DNA from: an uncultured Clostridium sp.
GTDB taxonomy: Bacteria; Bacillota; Clostridia; TANB77; CAG-508
Direction of reading: 5' to 3'
Assembly: GCA_947572545.1 (NCBI GenBank)
Contig: CANPCK010000008.1
Span: 1-30,972, forward strand
DNA: 30,972 bases
The position numbers were made by a program, and so were the translations under genes. Shown here piece by piece: positions 1 to 9,328 of this stretch (positions are counted from its first letter, which is position 1; each line of letters begins with the position of its first letter). The notes under the pieces were generated by a model. That model was not told the origin of the DNA and made no database searches. It worked only from the letters and a program-made list of their open reading frames with translations.

Positions 1-418
1 AAAATAAAATAATGTCAAGTTATTTTTAACTTAACATTATTATACTAGGATGGTGTGGTATGATTAGTATTGTTAAGAAGAAAAATAAGATTAAAAGAAA
101 ATTGCTCTCTAAAATTGAATGGGCTTGTAGTTTGAATGCTATAAAACTTGAACACGAAATGATATTTTAAGGTTGTTTAAGAATTGTAGAACATACAAAC
201 TTGGCGTATGTAGAACCACATAGAGTAATCATTAAAGATAAGTTATTTTTATTCTTTAATGAATGTGATTACTTTTATGTGGGAGATTTAAGGTATAAAT
301 ACCCTTTATCTCAATTAAAAGACTACATAGAAAGGCTACTTTAATTTTAGAGTTTTTTTGTGCTTAAAATTTATTTAAGTGGCTTTCCATTCAATAAGTG
401 AAAGGAGAGATTTAAAAA

Positions 419-469
419 ATGAATAATGAAAGAAGAATCTCAGGAATTTATATTAGAGTGTCATTGTAA
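419..469 (+). pseudogene. 16-codon N-terminal stub of a serine recombinase
   Basis: An RBS (aaaggagag) lies 8 nt before the ATG. The peptide MNNERRISGIYIRVS carries the Y-x-R-V-S catalytic-serine motif of resolvase/invertase N-termini. The frame stops one codon after the Ser, exactly where the opposite-strand remnant ends (461-463 is its TGA). Confidence 0.4.
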
Positions 470-1470
470 TACATAGGTAGACACGTTATCTTCTTCTCCA
501 TTTAGTTCTAGTTTTGTTATTGTAAAACCATATTTTCCAAAGTTAGTACCAATACTCAGTTTTCCATTTGGTAGGTTTTCATTGATTAGTTCCCCAGTTT
601 TTAAAATGAATTTAATCTTGTAAAAATCTTCTTCTCCATTTTCTAACTTTTCACCAATAATGATTTTATCAACTTCGGTATAGTGTTTACCTGTCTTTAA
701 ATCTCCTACATATTTTTTCATTTACAATAATTCTTCTAACAGAATCATGACCCAATTTTAAATTAGATGGACTAGGTATTCCTAGATTATTGAGATTAAG
801 TGCTATTCTTCTAAAACCTACACCTTTGGAATATTCTTCAAAAATATAAATAACAATATCTTTCTTATTCTCATCAGGCATTATGATGTCTTTTTCTTTA
901 TCGTATAAATAATCGAATGGAGCATACTTTCCTACTAATTCGCCACGTTTCATTTTCATACGAACACCTGCTTTTACATTTTCTAATATTGATTTACTTT
1001 CTGCTTGTGCAAAAGCACTATATAAGGTTAAAAATAATTCATTCGATAAAACTAAAGTGTGAATGTTTTCCTTTTCAAAATAAACATGTACATTATGTTC
1101 ACGAAGTAGTCTTACACAATTTAAAGTATCAACCGTATTACGAGCAAGTCTTGAAATAGACTTCGCTAAAGTCAAATCAATTTTACCATTTAGAGCATCA
1201 TTCACATCTGATTAAATTGTTCTCTCTTTTTAGTCTGTGTACCAGTTGTACCTTCATCAGCATATATTCCTACAAATTCCCAATTAGGATTTTCTTCAAT
1301 CATATTTTTTTATAATGGATTCGTTGTGAAGCATAACTCGTTTTCTGATCTTCATTATCAGTAGAAACTCTACAATAAGCACACGCATGAATGAGTTTAT
1401 ATTTTACATTTCCCTTTAAGCACAATGTTTTAGAAGTTGGTGCTATTACTTCAACTTTATTATTATTCAT
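461..1470 (-). pseudogene. Large serine recombinase, frameshifted and C-terminally truncated
   Basis: The minus strand from 1470 reads MNNNKVEV...CAYCRVSTDNEDQ, then EENPNWEFVGIYADEGTTGTQTKKREQFNQM. It continues into track ORF 687-1205 (resolvase core plus recombinase domain: SISRLARNTVDTL, GVRMKMKRGELVG, LNNLGIPSP) and 461-721 (NEKYVGDL). Frame breaks fall at the T7 run 1305-1311, near 1205, and at the T6 run 713-718. There is no zinc-ribbon or coiled-coil tail. Confidence 0.8.
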
Positions 1471-1665
1471 TTATTCCTTTCCATAATTGTTGAATAAATA
1501 GCATATTTCAAATATTTTATTTACGCAAAACTATACTTTGAATTGTTTAATTTATTGTATTTTGCATATTTACTAATCTATTTAATTTTTTTATATCAAA
1601 TATTATCAAATTATTTATGTCTATGCTATAATTATATTAACATTAACAACCGTGGAGGTATGAAA

Positions 1666-2715
1666 ATGAAAAATAAAACAACTAAAATATTAACAATAAT
1701 ATCTGTCATTATAATAGGCATAGGAATAGTTTGTTGGTTTGGAACTAATTCGTTAATAAATGAAACAGATAATATAGCGCTTTTATTTAGTTTGTTTGGA
1801 GCAATAGCATTAAGACTATTAGTTGTAGTAATAACTGTTGGGATAATTGTTATTATGTGGCTAATATATGGAATAGCAGTTTTATGCAAACGAATTAAAA
1901 ATGATAATTTTAAATGGAAAAACTTAATTTTTGTTGGGAGTTCAATAGTCTTAGTTACTATAGTAGCAATTATTATGACTCATTTGTTAAATATAAATAA
2001 TGGCAGTTTTGCAAAAAGTAAATTTGATTACAATATTAAGTATCAAAATGGGGTGAACATATATAACATTTATAAAACAGGAAAAGAAATTGATATATAT
2101 GCTGATGAACAAGTAATTTGTATTACTGATCCTTGTCCAACAGTCAAATCTATTAGAAAAATCAGTTTTTCTGATGATAATATGGTGATAGTAAATAATT
2201 TTATTGATAGTTTCTTTGAACATTATGAATATAATTCAATTCAAATATTTAAAGAAAATTTGACTGTCGAGCAAAGTAATATTTTAGATAGCATTATTTA
2301 TAATGATGAAACACTATTAAAAAAAGAAATAGATATCTCATCTGATTACTATACAATTATTACAGATTCCAAATATTTGACTATGCAAAATGATGGTGGA
2401 AGTAATTTTAATGTTTATTATGAAGTAGATTTAAATAGTAATATTGTTAAAAAGTTTGAAGATCACTATATTGGTTTTAAAGGTTATGAGTATAAACAAA
2501 AGTTAATATATAAAAAAATTATCGATAATGATATAAGCACTGAAATGGGCAATTTATTGTTTAATTTATTATCTAATGAGGATGTTAATGATACTAACAA
2601 TTATAATCCTTATATAATAAAATTTGATATTAAAGATAAAAGTATTTATAATGAAAGTTCTATAAATTCCTTAAAAATTTTACTAAATAAAATAGATGAT
2701 ATTGGAAATAAATAA
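1666..2715 (+). CDS. Hypothetical membrane protein (about 3 N-terminal TM helices plus a large Asn/Ile-rich C-terminal domain)
   Basis: This is the in-frame part of track ORF 1543-2715. GGAGG at 1654-1658 lies 7 nt before the ATG at 1666. Hydrophobic segments include ILTIISVIIIGIGIVCWF and LLVVVITVGIIVIMWLIYGIAVL. I do not recognise a family. Confidence 0.65.
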   Translation: MKNKTTKILTIISVIIIGIGIVCWFGTNSLINETDNIALLFSLFGAIALRLLVVVITVGIIVIMWLIYGIAVLCKRIKNDNFKWKNLIFVGSSIVLVTIVAIIMTHLLNINNGSFAKSKFDYNIKYQNGVNIYNIYKTGKEIDIYADEQVICITDPCPTVKSIRKISFSDDNMVIVNNFIDSFFEHYEYNSIQIFKENLTVEQSNILDSIIYNDETLLKKEIDISSDYYTIITDSKYLTMQNDGGSNFNVYYEVDLNSNIVKKFEDHYIGFKGYEYKQKLIYKKIIDNDISTEMGNLLFNLLSNEDVNDTNNYNPYIIKFDIKDKSIYNESSINSLKILLNKIDDIGNK

Positions 2716-2735
2716 TTAAAATTAGTTAAATGAAA

Positions 2736-2770
2736 AGTACAATCCAGTAAATTGGAATTTGTACTTTTTT
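2736..2770 (+). terminator. Rho-independent terminator candidate
   Basis: An imperfect hairpin (agtacaatcca...tggaatttgtact) is followed by T6, 20 nt after the stop at 2715. Confidence 0.5.
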
Positions 2771-3048
2771 AACAATTATTATTTTAATTTGAAATATACT
2801 ATTTAAAGTCCTAATGATAAAGTTATATCTAGTTTATCATTTTTTGTACCCCAATATACTTCCTAACAAGCACTAAATTTTTCCTTCCTAGTCAAAATTC
2901 GAGATTTTGGCCTAAGTCCCAAGCCCTTTATAAAATAGTAAAATTAAGAAAGAAATCTATAAAATAATATAAGAAATAACATTGTAATTATGTCTCAAAT
3001 ACTATATAATATAAATATAATAAACGCATAAGATTGGAGAGAAATTTA

Positions 3049-3825
3049 ATGAATATTGAGCCAATTAATATTTTTGATTTTGATGGAACATTAACTACTG
3101 AAACATGGCCAAAGTTTTGGGTATGGAGCAAAAAATTTGGATACAGTGGTGAAAAAAGAAATGATGATTTAGAGAAAGCACTTGCCGAATATAGAAAGAC
3201 ACACGAAGGTAATTCACTTGAAACTTTTTTTGCTTTTTTCCATGATTTACTTGTTAATAATAATGAAACTCTTACATATGAAGAACTTATGGAAGGTGAA
3301 AAATATATTGAATATAATTCAGGTTTAAATGATTTTATTGAAAAATCTTTTGCTAAAAATTATATAGTTTCTGGAGGATTAAAAGAGTTTTTGAAGAACC
3401 TTAAAATAGCAAAATATTTTGATGGCATTTATGGTACGCCTGTAAAACATGATGAAAATGGTTTGATTTCTGGAATTGGTAAAGTAATGACAGATGATAA
3501 AAAAATATTAGCAATTAAAGATATATTAAAAAAGAATAACAGACAAGAAAATGATTGCCGTAATGTATATTATATAGGAGATGGCTATAGCGATGCAACA
3601 GCAATGAGATTTGTTCACAATAATGGTGGAAAGGCTATTTTTGTTCATCAGTCAAGCCAAGCTGATGAGTTCTATGATTATAATAATAAAATTTATCAAA
3701 CTCTAAACTCAGATGGAATGGTTGATTTTCGTTGTGTTGCAGATTATAGAACTGGCAGTATTCTTTCAAATATTTTACAAAGACAAAAAGAAAAAAGTGA
3801 AATGTTAGAAGATTTTATAAGATAG
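3049..3825 (+). CDS. HAD-superfamily hydrolase (HAD-IB / phosphoserine-phosphatase-like)
   Basis: Motif I is FDFDGTLT, motif II is VSGG, and motif III/IV is K...YYIGDGYSDATA. The RBS ggagag precedes the ATG at 3049, which is internal to track ORF 3034-3825. Confidence 0.8.
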   Translation: MNIEPINIFDFDGTLTTETWPKFWVWSKKFGYSGEKRNDDLEKALAEYRKTHEGNSLETFFAFFHDLLVNNNETLTYEELMEGEKYIEYNSGLNDFIEKSFAKNYIVSGGLKEFLKNLKIAKYFDGIYGTPVKHDENGLISGIGKVMTDDKKILAIKDILKKNNRQENDCRNVYYIGDGYSDATAMRFVHNNGGKAIFVHQSSQADEFYDYNNKIYQTLNSDGMVDFRCVADYRTGSILSNILQRQKEKSEMLEDFIR

Positions 3826-3834
3826 AAATGAAAG

Positions 3835-3870
3835 GCAACTAATAATTATTAACTAGTTGCATGCTTTTTT
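3835..3870 (+). terminator. Rho-independent terminator candidate
   Basis: The stem gcaacta/tagttgc is followed by a T-run at 3865-3870, just after the HAD stop. Confidence 0.5.
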
Positions 3871-3997
3871 ATTTTATGTTATACTAATTTCAACAGTTGA
3901 TGAGTCAATTATTTTTTTGAGCAAAATGTGGGAATAACACCATGAAAAATAGGCATATTTTTCGCAAATAACCTCCTAAAACGCTCCAAAGAATTTG

Positions 3998-4023
3998 ACA
4001 CTACTACATGTAGTGTTTTTTTT
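3998..4023 (+). terminator. Terminator-like hairpin immediately upstream of tsaE
   Basis: The stem acactac / gtagtgt has a 5-nt loop and is followed by T8 (4016-4023). It ends 18 nt before the tsaE ATG. Confidence 0.45.
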
Positions 4024-4041
4024 ATTGAAAGGAAAATTATA

Positions 4042-4467
4042 ATGCAAAAATATATTTCTAAAAACGAAACTGATACAATAGCCTTTGCTAAAAATTTCGC
4101 AAAAAACCTCTCAAAAGACAATATTATTGTTTTAAGTGGAGATTTAGGCTCAGGTAAAACAAAATTCACTCAAGGAATTCTTGAATTTTTTGGACTTGAT
4201 AATGAAATCTCTAGCCCTACTTTTACTATTGTAAATGAATATAAAAATGAAAATATTTCTATATATCATTTTGATGTTTATAGATTAAATAATGAAGATG
4301 ATTTTTTGGATATTGGAGGAGATGAATATTTTGGAAATGGTATTTGTATTATCGAGTGGGGCGAAATTATAAAGCCTCTCCTCCCTCCTAACACTATTTG
4401 GATTGATTTTCGAAAAGACGAAAATGATGAAAATATTAGAATTATAAATATTCAAAAAGGAGAGTAA
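4042..4467 (+). CDS. tsaE: tRNA t6A37 biosynthesis ATPase TsaE
   Basis: It has the P-loop GDLGSGKTKFTQG, the SPTFT motif and the typical ~140 aa size. It lies upstream of tsaB and rimI. Confidence 0.9.
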   Translation: MQKYISKNETDTIAFAKNFAKNLSKDNIIVLSGDLGSGKTKFTQGILEFFGLDNEISSPTFTIVNEYKNENISIYHFDVYRLNNEDDFLDIGGDEYFGNGICIIEWGEIIKPLLPPNTIWIDFRKDENDENIRIINIQKGE

Positions 4468-4469
4468 TT

Positions 4470-5163
4470 ATGAAAATACTTGCTATCGAAACTTCTTGTG
4501 ATATAGCTTCTGTATCAATCTTAGAAGATAATAACTTAATATTAGAACTTAAAGAAACTGCTACTAAAAATCATTCTGAAGCTTTAATGCCTTTAATTGA
4601 TAGAACTTTAAACGAAACCAATCTTTCTTTAGATGATATTGATTTATTTGCAGTAGATAATGGTCCTCGGTTCTTTTACAGGAATTAGAATTGGTCTTTC
4701 TACAATAAAGGCTTTTTGTGATGCAAAAGGTAAACCTTGTATATCTGTTTCTGCACTAGAAGCGCTGGCCTATACAGTGAATGAAGATACTTGCTATATA
4801 TGTTCTATGATTGATGCAAAACATTCTAATATCTATTATTCAATTTTTGAAAAAAATGGCAATACTTATACAAAAATTAACGATTTTAAATTTGATAATA
4901 TAGATAATTTATTGTTAGTTTTAGGTAGTTTGAAAAAAAAGATATTTTTTGCAGGAAATTGTGGAATACTTTATAAAGATGTGATAAAATCATATTTGAA
5001 AAATGATATTTTTTTCGAGGAAGATGCTTTTGTATCCTCTAAATATATAGGACTTGCTGCCTTTGATAAATTTAGCAATGGAGATGTTTTATCTTCAAAT
5101 ACATTAAATGCACTTTATCTAAAAAAGTCTAATGCTGAGGAAACTTTGGAGGCTAAATCTTAA
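4470..5163 (+). CDS. tsaB: tRNA t6A37 biosynthesis protein TsaB (needs +1 at in-frame CGG 4668-4670)
   Basis: Track ORFs 4470-4688 and 4660-5163 join into one protein (MKILAIETSCD...DNGP-G-SFTGIRIGLSTIKAF) when the C at 4668 is skipped. Confidence 0.85.
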
Positions 5164-5164
5164 T

Positions 5165-5594
5165 ATGAATATATTTTTAGAGAAAATGAAACTTAGTGAC
5201 TTGCCTACTATTGACTTAGAAGATTTTGATGATTTTTGGAATATCAATATTTTAAAGGAAGAACTTATGAGTAAATCTTCTTATTATATTATTGCTAAAT
5301 CTGAAAATGATATTATAGGTTTTGCAGGAGTTAAATTTATATTAGATGAAACTCATATAACAAATATTGTAACAAGAATTGATAAAAGAAATAATGGTAT
5401 TCGGTTCACTTCTTTTAGAGAATTTGATTAATAAAGCCAAAAATTCTTCTGTCTTGATTACTTTAGAGGTAAATGAAAAAAATTTTTCAGCCATACATCT
5501 TTATGAGAAATATGGTTTTGAAAAAGTTGGTTTAAGAAAAAAATATTATGATAATAAATTTGATGCATATATTATGACTAAATATTTTAATTAA
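5165..5594 (+). CDS. rimI: GNAT acetyltransferase, RimI-like (needs +1 at CGG 5402-5404)
   Basis: ORFs 5132-5431 and 5379-5594 join as ...RNNGI-G-SLLLENLI...LEVNEKNFSAIHLYEKYGF. This restores the acetyl-CoA motif R-x-x-G-x-G. The gene sits after tsaE-tsaB. Confidence 0.8.
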
Positions 5595-5643
5595 TTTTAC
5601 ATACGAGAAAAGCAAAATTATTTGTTTTAGAAAGGAACTTAAG

Positions 5644-8047
5644 ATGCAAAAGAAACATGAATTAAGTTATAAAAATTTAAAGGACTATTGTTCTATTTCA
5701 AAATTTAATTTTGAAACAACTGCTGAATTGGAAGCAACTGACAAAGGTATTGGCCAAGAAAGAGGAATTGTCGCTCTTGAATTTGGTTTAAATGTAGATG
5801 TAAATGGCTATAACCTTTATGTTGAAGGTCCAAGTGGTGTTGGTAAAACTATGTACACTAGAAATTATTTAAACAAAATTTCAAAAAAGAAAAAAGTACC
5901 TTGTGATTGGTGCTACCTATATAATTTTGATAATCCAAATGAGCCTATTGCTCTATCTCTTCCTGCTGGTCAAGGAATTGAATTTCAAGAAACTATGGAA
6001 AGTTTTATAAAAGATGTTAAAGCAGATATTAATAAAACTTTCAATAATGAAGATTTTGAAAAAGAAAAAGCTCTTATTAAACAAGAATATGAACAAAAAA
6101 GGAGTATTCTTTTAGAGAAATTAAATAAAGAATCTATGAAACATGGATTTGAAGTAAAACCTGCTCAAAACCGGTATATACATGATGCCAATTTATGAAG
6201 GTAGAACTTTACAGGAGGAAGAATTTAATAAACTTGATGATAGTATTAAAAGACAATATGAAGATAAATCTGGTATTGTTCAAGAGCAAATTATGAGTAC
6301 TATCTCTGAAATAAAATTAATAGAAAAACAATCTGAAAAGAAAATTCAAGAATGGCAATCTAATATTTCGCTTCTTACTGTCAATGTTCATATTAACTAT
6401 ATAAAGTCTAAATATAAGAGAAATAAAAAAATTTCTCAATTCTTAGATAATATTAAAAAGGACATAATGAAAAATGTCTCTCTATTTTTGGAGCCTAATT
6501 CTAACAACCAAGCTACTTCTCAGCCACAAATGCAACAAGGTCCTCATCGTGAGCCACCTAAACCTTGGTTAAATTATAGAGTTAATCTTTTTGTTGATAA
6601 TAGTAAACTTGAAGGTGCTCCAGTTATAATGGATTCTAACTATACTTTCCAAAATATTTTTGGAAAATTAGAATATGAAAATTATATGGGCAGTTTAAAA
6701 ACTGATTATACTATGCTAAAACCAGGTCTACTTCAAAAGGCTAATGGAGGATATATCATTTTCCAAGCAGAAGATTTACTTTCAAACCCTATTTGTTATG
6801 AAAATTTAAAAAGAGTTCTTCGTGTTAAAGAATTAGCTATTGATAATACTTTAGAACAAAGAGCTGCAATGGTTATGGTTTCTTTAAAACCTGAACCTAT
6901 TCCTCTTAATTTAAAGGTTATTTTAATTGGTAATGCTAATATTTATCATACTTTGTTAAATATGGATCCTGATTTTAGAAAATTATTTAAAATTAAAGTT
7001 GAGTTTGCTGATGATGCTCCAAGAACTGACGAAAATATATTAAAACTAGCAAGATTTATTCATTCTTTCTGTGAACAAGAAGGATTACCTCATCTAGATA
7101 AAACCGCTGTTGCAAGAATGATTGAATATGCTTCTCGCCTTGCTAATGATAAAACTAAATTATCTACTAGATTTAATGATTTATCTCAGATTGTTGCAGA
7201 AGCTGCAACTTGGGCTAGTATGGGTCATTCAAAGGTTGTAACAGAAAATTTTATTAATAAAGCTATTAATGAAAAAATTCAAAGAGTAAAAAAATATGAT
7301 GATAGATATTCTGAAATGATAAAAGATAATACTCTTTTAATAAATACAACTGGTGCTGAGGTTGGTCAAATAAATGGTTTAACTATTATGAGTGTTGGAG
7401 ATTATAGTTTTGGAAAACCTTCAAAAATTACTGTAAATACTTTTACTGGAAAATCTGGTATTATAAATATTGAGCGTGAAGTTGAACTTTCTGGTTCTTC
7501 TCATTCTAAGGGTGTACTTATTCTTAGTGGATATATTGGTGAATTATTTGCTCAGGATATTCCCCTTTCTCTTTCTGCAAGTATTTGTTTTGAGCAATTA
7601 TATAATGGAGTTGATGGAGATAGTGCTTCAAGTACAGAACTATATGCCCTACTTTCAAGCCTTTCTGAGGTTCCAATAAATCAAGCTATTGCTGTTACTG
7701 GTTCTGTTAATCAAAAAGGTGAAATTCAACCAATTGGTGGTGTAAATGAAAAAATAGAAGGATTTTATCAAGTTTGTAAAATGAGAGGTTTGGATGGAAG
7801 TCATGGAGTATTAATGCCTATACAAAATATCAAAAATCTAAATCTTAGTAATGAAATTGTTGAAGCTGTTAAGTCTGGATTATTCCATATATATGCTGTT
7901 TCAACAATTGAGGAAGGTATCGAAGTTTTAACAGGAGTTCCTGCAGGTAAAAAAGATAAGACTGGTAATTTCCCTGCTGGTTCTATTAATTATCTAGCTT
8001 ATGAAAAATTAAAAAAATATGCAAAAGTAAGTAAAAATTCTATATAA
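5644..8047 (+). CDS. Lon-like ATP-dependent protease, COG1067/LonB-LonC type (needs +1 at CGG 6172-6174)
   Basis: ORFs 5644-6198 and 6182-8047 join as ...PAQN-G-IYMMPIYEG. The Walker A motif is GPSGVGKT. The C-terminal S16 domain carries VDGDSASS (Ser) and GGVNEKIEGF (Lys). Confidence 0.8.
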
Positions 8048-8061
8048 GAAAAGTGGCTTCG

Positions 8062-8260
8062 CCACATGTGCATTTTGCTTCGCAAATATGCACAGACTAA
8101 GGAAACTTAACCTTGTTGTTTCAGAAAAATCTGTGATTTTTCCTACACAATAAGAAAATTGGACGTTAGCAAAATCAAAGATTTTGACGTCCACATGTGC
8201 AAAATCGCTTCGCGATTATTGCACTGCCCAAGGTAAATTAACCTTGTTATTTCGGAAATA
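8062..8260. repeat. Two tandem copies (period 129 bp) of a ~70-nt hairpin-forming intergenic repeat
   Basis: The units ccacatgtgca-N-gcttcgc-N-gcac-N-aagg-aa-ttaaccttgtt-tttc-g-aaa start at 8062 and at 8191. See findings. Confidence 0.65.
8149..8176 (+). repeat. 28-nt repeat aataagaaaattggacgttagcaaaatc (copy 1)
   Basis: It is an exact reverse-complement match to 13716-13743. Confidence 0.85.
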
Positions 8261-8303
8261 TACTAACTTTGTTAGTAATTTCCGAAGTAATAAAAAAATT
8301 TAT

Positions 8304-8350
8304 AAAAGACTGCCGGGATTGGTAATATACACCAATCCCGGCAGTCTTTT
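8304..8350. terminator. Perfect 20-bp GC-rich hairpin, bidirectional terminator
   Basis: The arms aaaagactgccgggattggt / accaatcccggcagtctttt enclose a 7-nt loop. An A-tract lies on one side and a T-tract on the other. The hairpin overlaps the stop of the 8349-8573 ORF. Confidence 0.8.
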
Positions 8351-8573
8351 ATCCCTTAATCGCCTCCTTCAGCAGGCTTTCCACCGCTTTTTCCACCTTG
8401 AGCTTCCCAGACATCTCCAGAAGGTCCATAGCCTCATGGAACTTCTGCCAGTCGATCAGCTGGGCGGCCTTAATCGCATTGTCGACCTTGTCCCGAAGGG
8501 GATTGTCGAACTTCCGCTTCAAGAGATGCCACCGTGTTGTTTCCTCGATACGATTAAAGAGATTCTTTGTCAT
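8349..8573 (-). CDS. 74-aa hypothetical helical protein encoded in a compositionally foreign (~50% GC) patch
   Basis: The ORF is intact, with the RBS aaaggagtg 7 nt before the ATG and a TGnTATAAT promoter upstream. Its codon usage (CTG, GAC, AAG, CGG) is unlike all neighbouring genes. Confidence 0.6.
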   Translation of the reverse strand: MTKNLFNRIEETTRWHLLKRKFDNPLRDKVDNAIKAAQLIDWQKFHEAMDLLEMSGKLKVEKAVESLLKEAIKG

Positions 8574-8626
8574 AATCTGACACTCCTTTTTATTATTTGC
8601 AAAGCATTATTTAGCTCTACATATTA

Positions 8627-8656
8627 ATTATAACACAAAAGATTACATAAAATCAA
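8627..8656 (-). promoter_or_regulatory. Sigma-A-type promoter for the 74-aa ORF
   Basis: The minus strand reads TTGATT, 18 nt, then TATAAT with the extended TG (gtgtTATAAT). Confidence 0.5.
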
Positions 8657-8849
8657 GTTATGGAAAATTTGTGTATGATTTTTTACTTATGGGGATTTCC
8701 TAAACTTTCAATATTTTTAGACATCTATTTATAATTTTATTAGATTTTCAAACATTTTTATATATTATCTTTCATTAAATTTCTCCTTTATACTAAACAA
8801 ACAGGGTATATAATAATATCCTGTTTGTTATATTTCTTTATTTTATTAA

Positions 8850-9257
8850 TTAGTCCATATTGCTTAAATTTTCTACTTGTTCTTTCCATTGTTCAACTGT
8901 TACATCATTTTCTTCCATTAGTTTCTTTCCTTCATCCATAAGTTGTTGTACAGTCTTATTATAGATGTTTTTATACATTATACTTTCATCTTGTGTTGAC
9001 ATATATTCTTCACTGAATCCATCTTTCATCATATAATACATACAAGCATATGCATAATAATAAACTTCATCTGCTTCTCCAAGTTGTTTTTCTAAGTTTT
9101 CAGTTACTTTTTCGTAATTCTCTGCTGTAATAACTTCTTCTCTGATCTTAGATCCTTTTCCATTACTTATTAAGAAAAATCCTCCTACTGCTAATATAAT
9201 TACTAGAACAACTGCAATTATAATGTAAATTATCTTTTTGCTTTTTCCTTCATTCAT
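8850..9257 (-). CDS. Hypothetical membrane-anchored protein (single N-terminal TM)
   Basis: The RBS ggaggat precedes the ATG. The TM segment is IIYIIIAVVLVIILAVGGFFLI and the C-terminus is acidic. I do not recognise a family. Confidence 0.65.
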   Translation of the reverse strand: MNEGKSKKIIYIIIAVVLVIILAVGGFFLISNGKGSKIREEVITAENYEKVTENLEKQLGEADEVYYYAYACMYYMMKDGFSEEYMSTQDESIMYKNIYNKTVQQLMDEGKKLMEENDVTVEQWKEQVENLSNMD

Positions 9258-9328
9258 GAAAATATCCTCCTTTTATTTTTAATATAAAGGTAGTATATTA
9301 CAAATAATTGCATAAGTCAACATTTTAT

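Noticed and set aside
60-344. A single reading frame spans 60-344 (MISIVKKKNKIKRKLLSKIEWACSLNAIKLEHEMIF, a stop, then GCLRIVEHTNLAYVEPHRVIIKDKLFLFFNECDYFYVGDLRYKYPLSQLKDYIERLL) and is interrupted by one TAA at 168-170.
   Set aside because: It may be a nonsense-mutated small gene of the decayed mobile element. I recognise no family, the RBS is weak, and long open frames are not rare at this length, so I did not call it.
917-1159. The track lists antisense or overlapping ORFs: 917-1159, 1632-1889, 1987-2223, 3909-4169, 7470-7679, 8009-8194, 9308-9810, 10753-10995, 13872-14054, 16032-16563, 16919-17137, 19584-19829, 22672-23091, 23673-24502, 28108-28398, 28744-29010, 29617-29814, 29981-30361 and 30630-30917.
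   Set aside because: All lie inside or opposite well-supported genes. Their composition is low-complexity and rich in Phe, Leu and Ile, which is typical of antisense AT-rich frames. None has an RBS.
5644-8047. I considered the Lon-like protease as a BrxL-type defence component.
   Set aside because: No BREX or other defence neighbours are present. The gene sits in the tsaE-tsaB-rimI housekeeping context, and its architecture fits the COG1067 Lon-like proteases common in Clostridia.
8062-8260. I considered the tandem repeat as a CRISPR array.
   Set aside because: There are only two copies with a 129-bp period. The units are themselves long hairpins, there is no repeat-spacer regularity, and no cas genes are present.
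8304-8590. I considered the GC-rich patch as a structured ncRNA gene (SRP, 6S or RNase P-like), since GC islands in AT-rich genomes are often RNA genes.
   Set aside because: I could not find SRP domain IV or other signature motifs. The patch holds an uninterrupted 74-codon ORF with a good RBS, a promoter and a helical-looking product. Coding is the simpler reading, though an RNA is not formally excluded.
8184-8627. The track lists plus-strand ORFs 8184-8627 (147 aa) and 8398-8580 (60 aa).
   Set aside because: They are shadow ORFs on the antisense strand of the GC-rich 74-aa gene. High GC removes stop codons. They have no RBS, and they run across hairpins and repeats.
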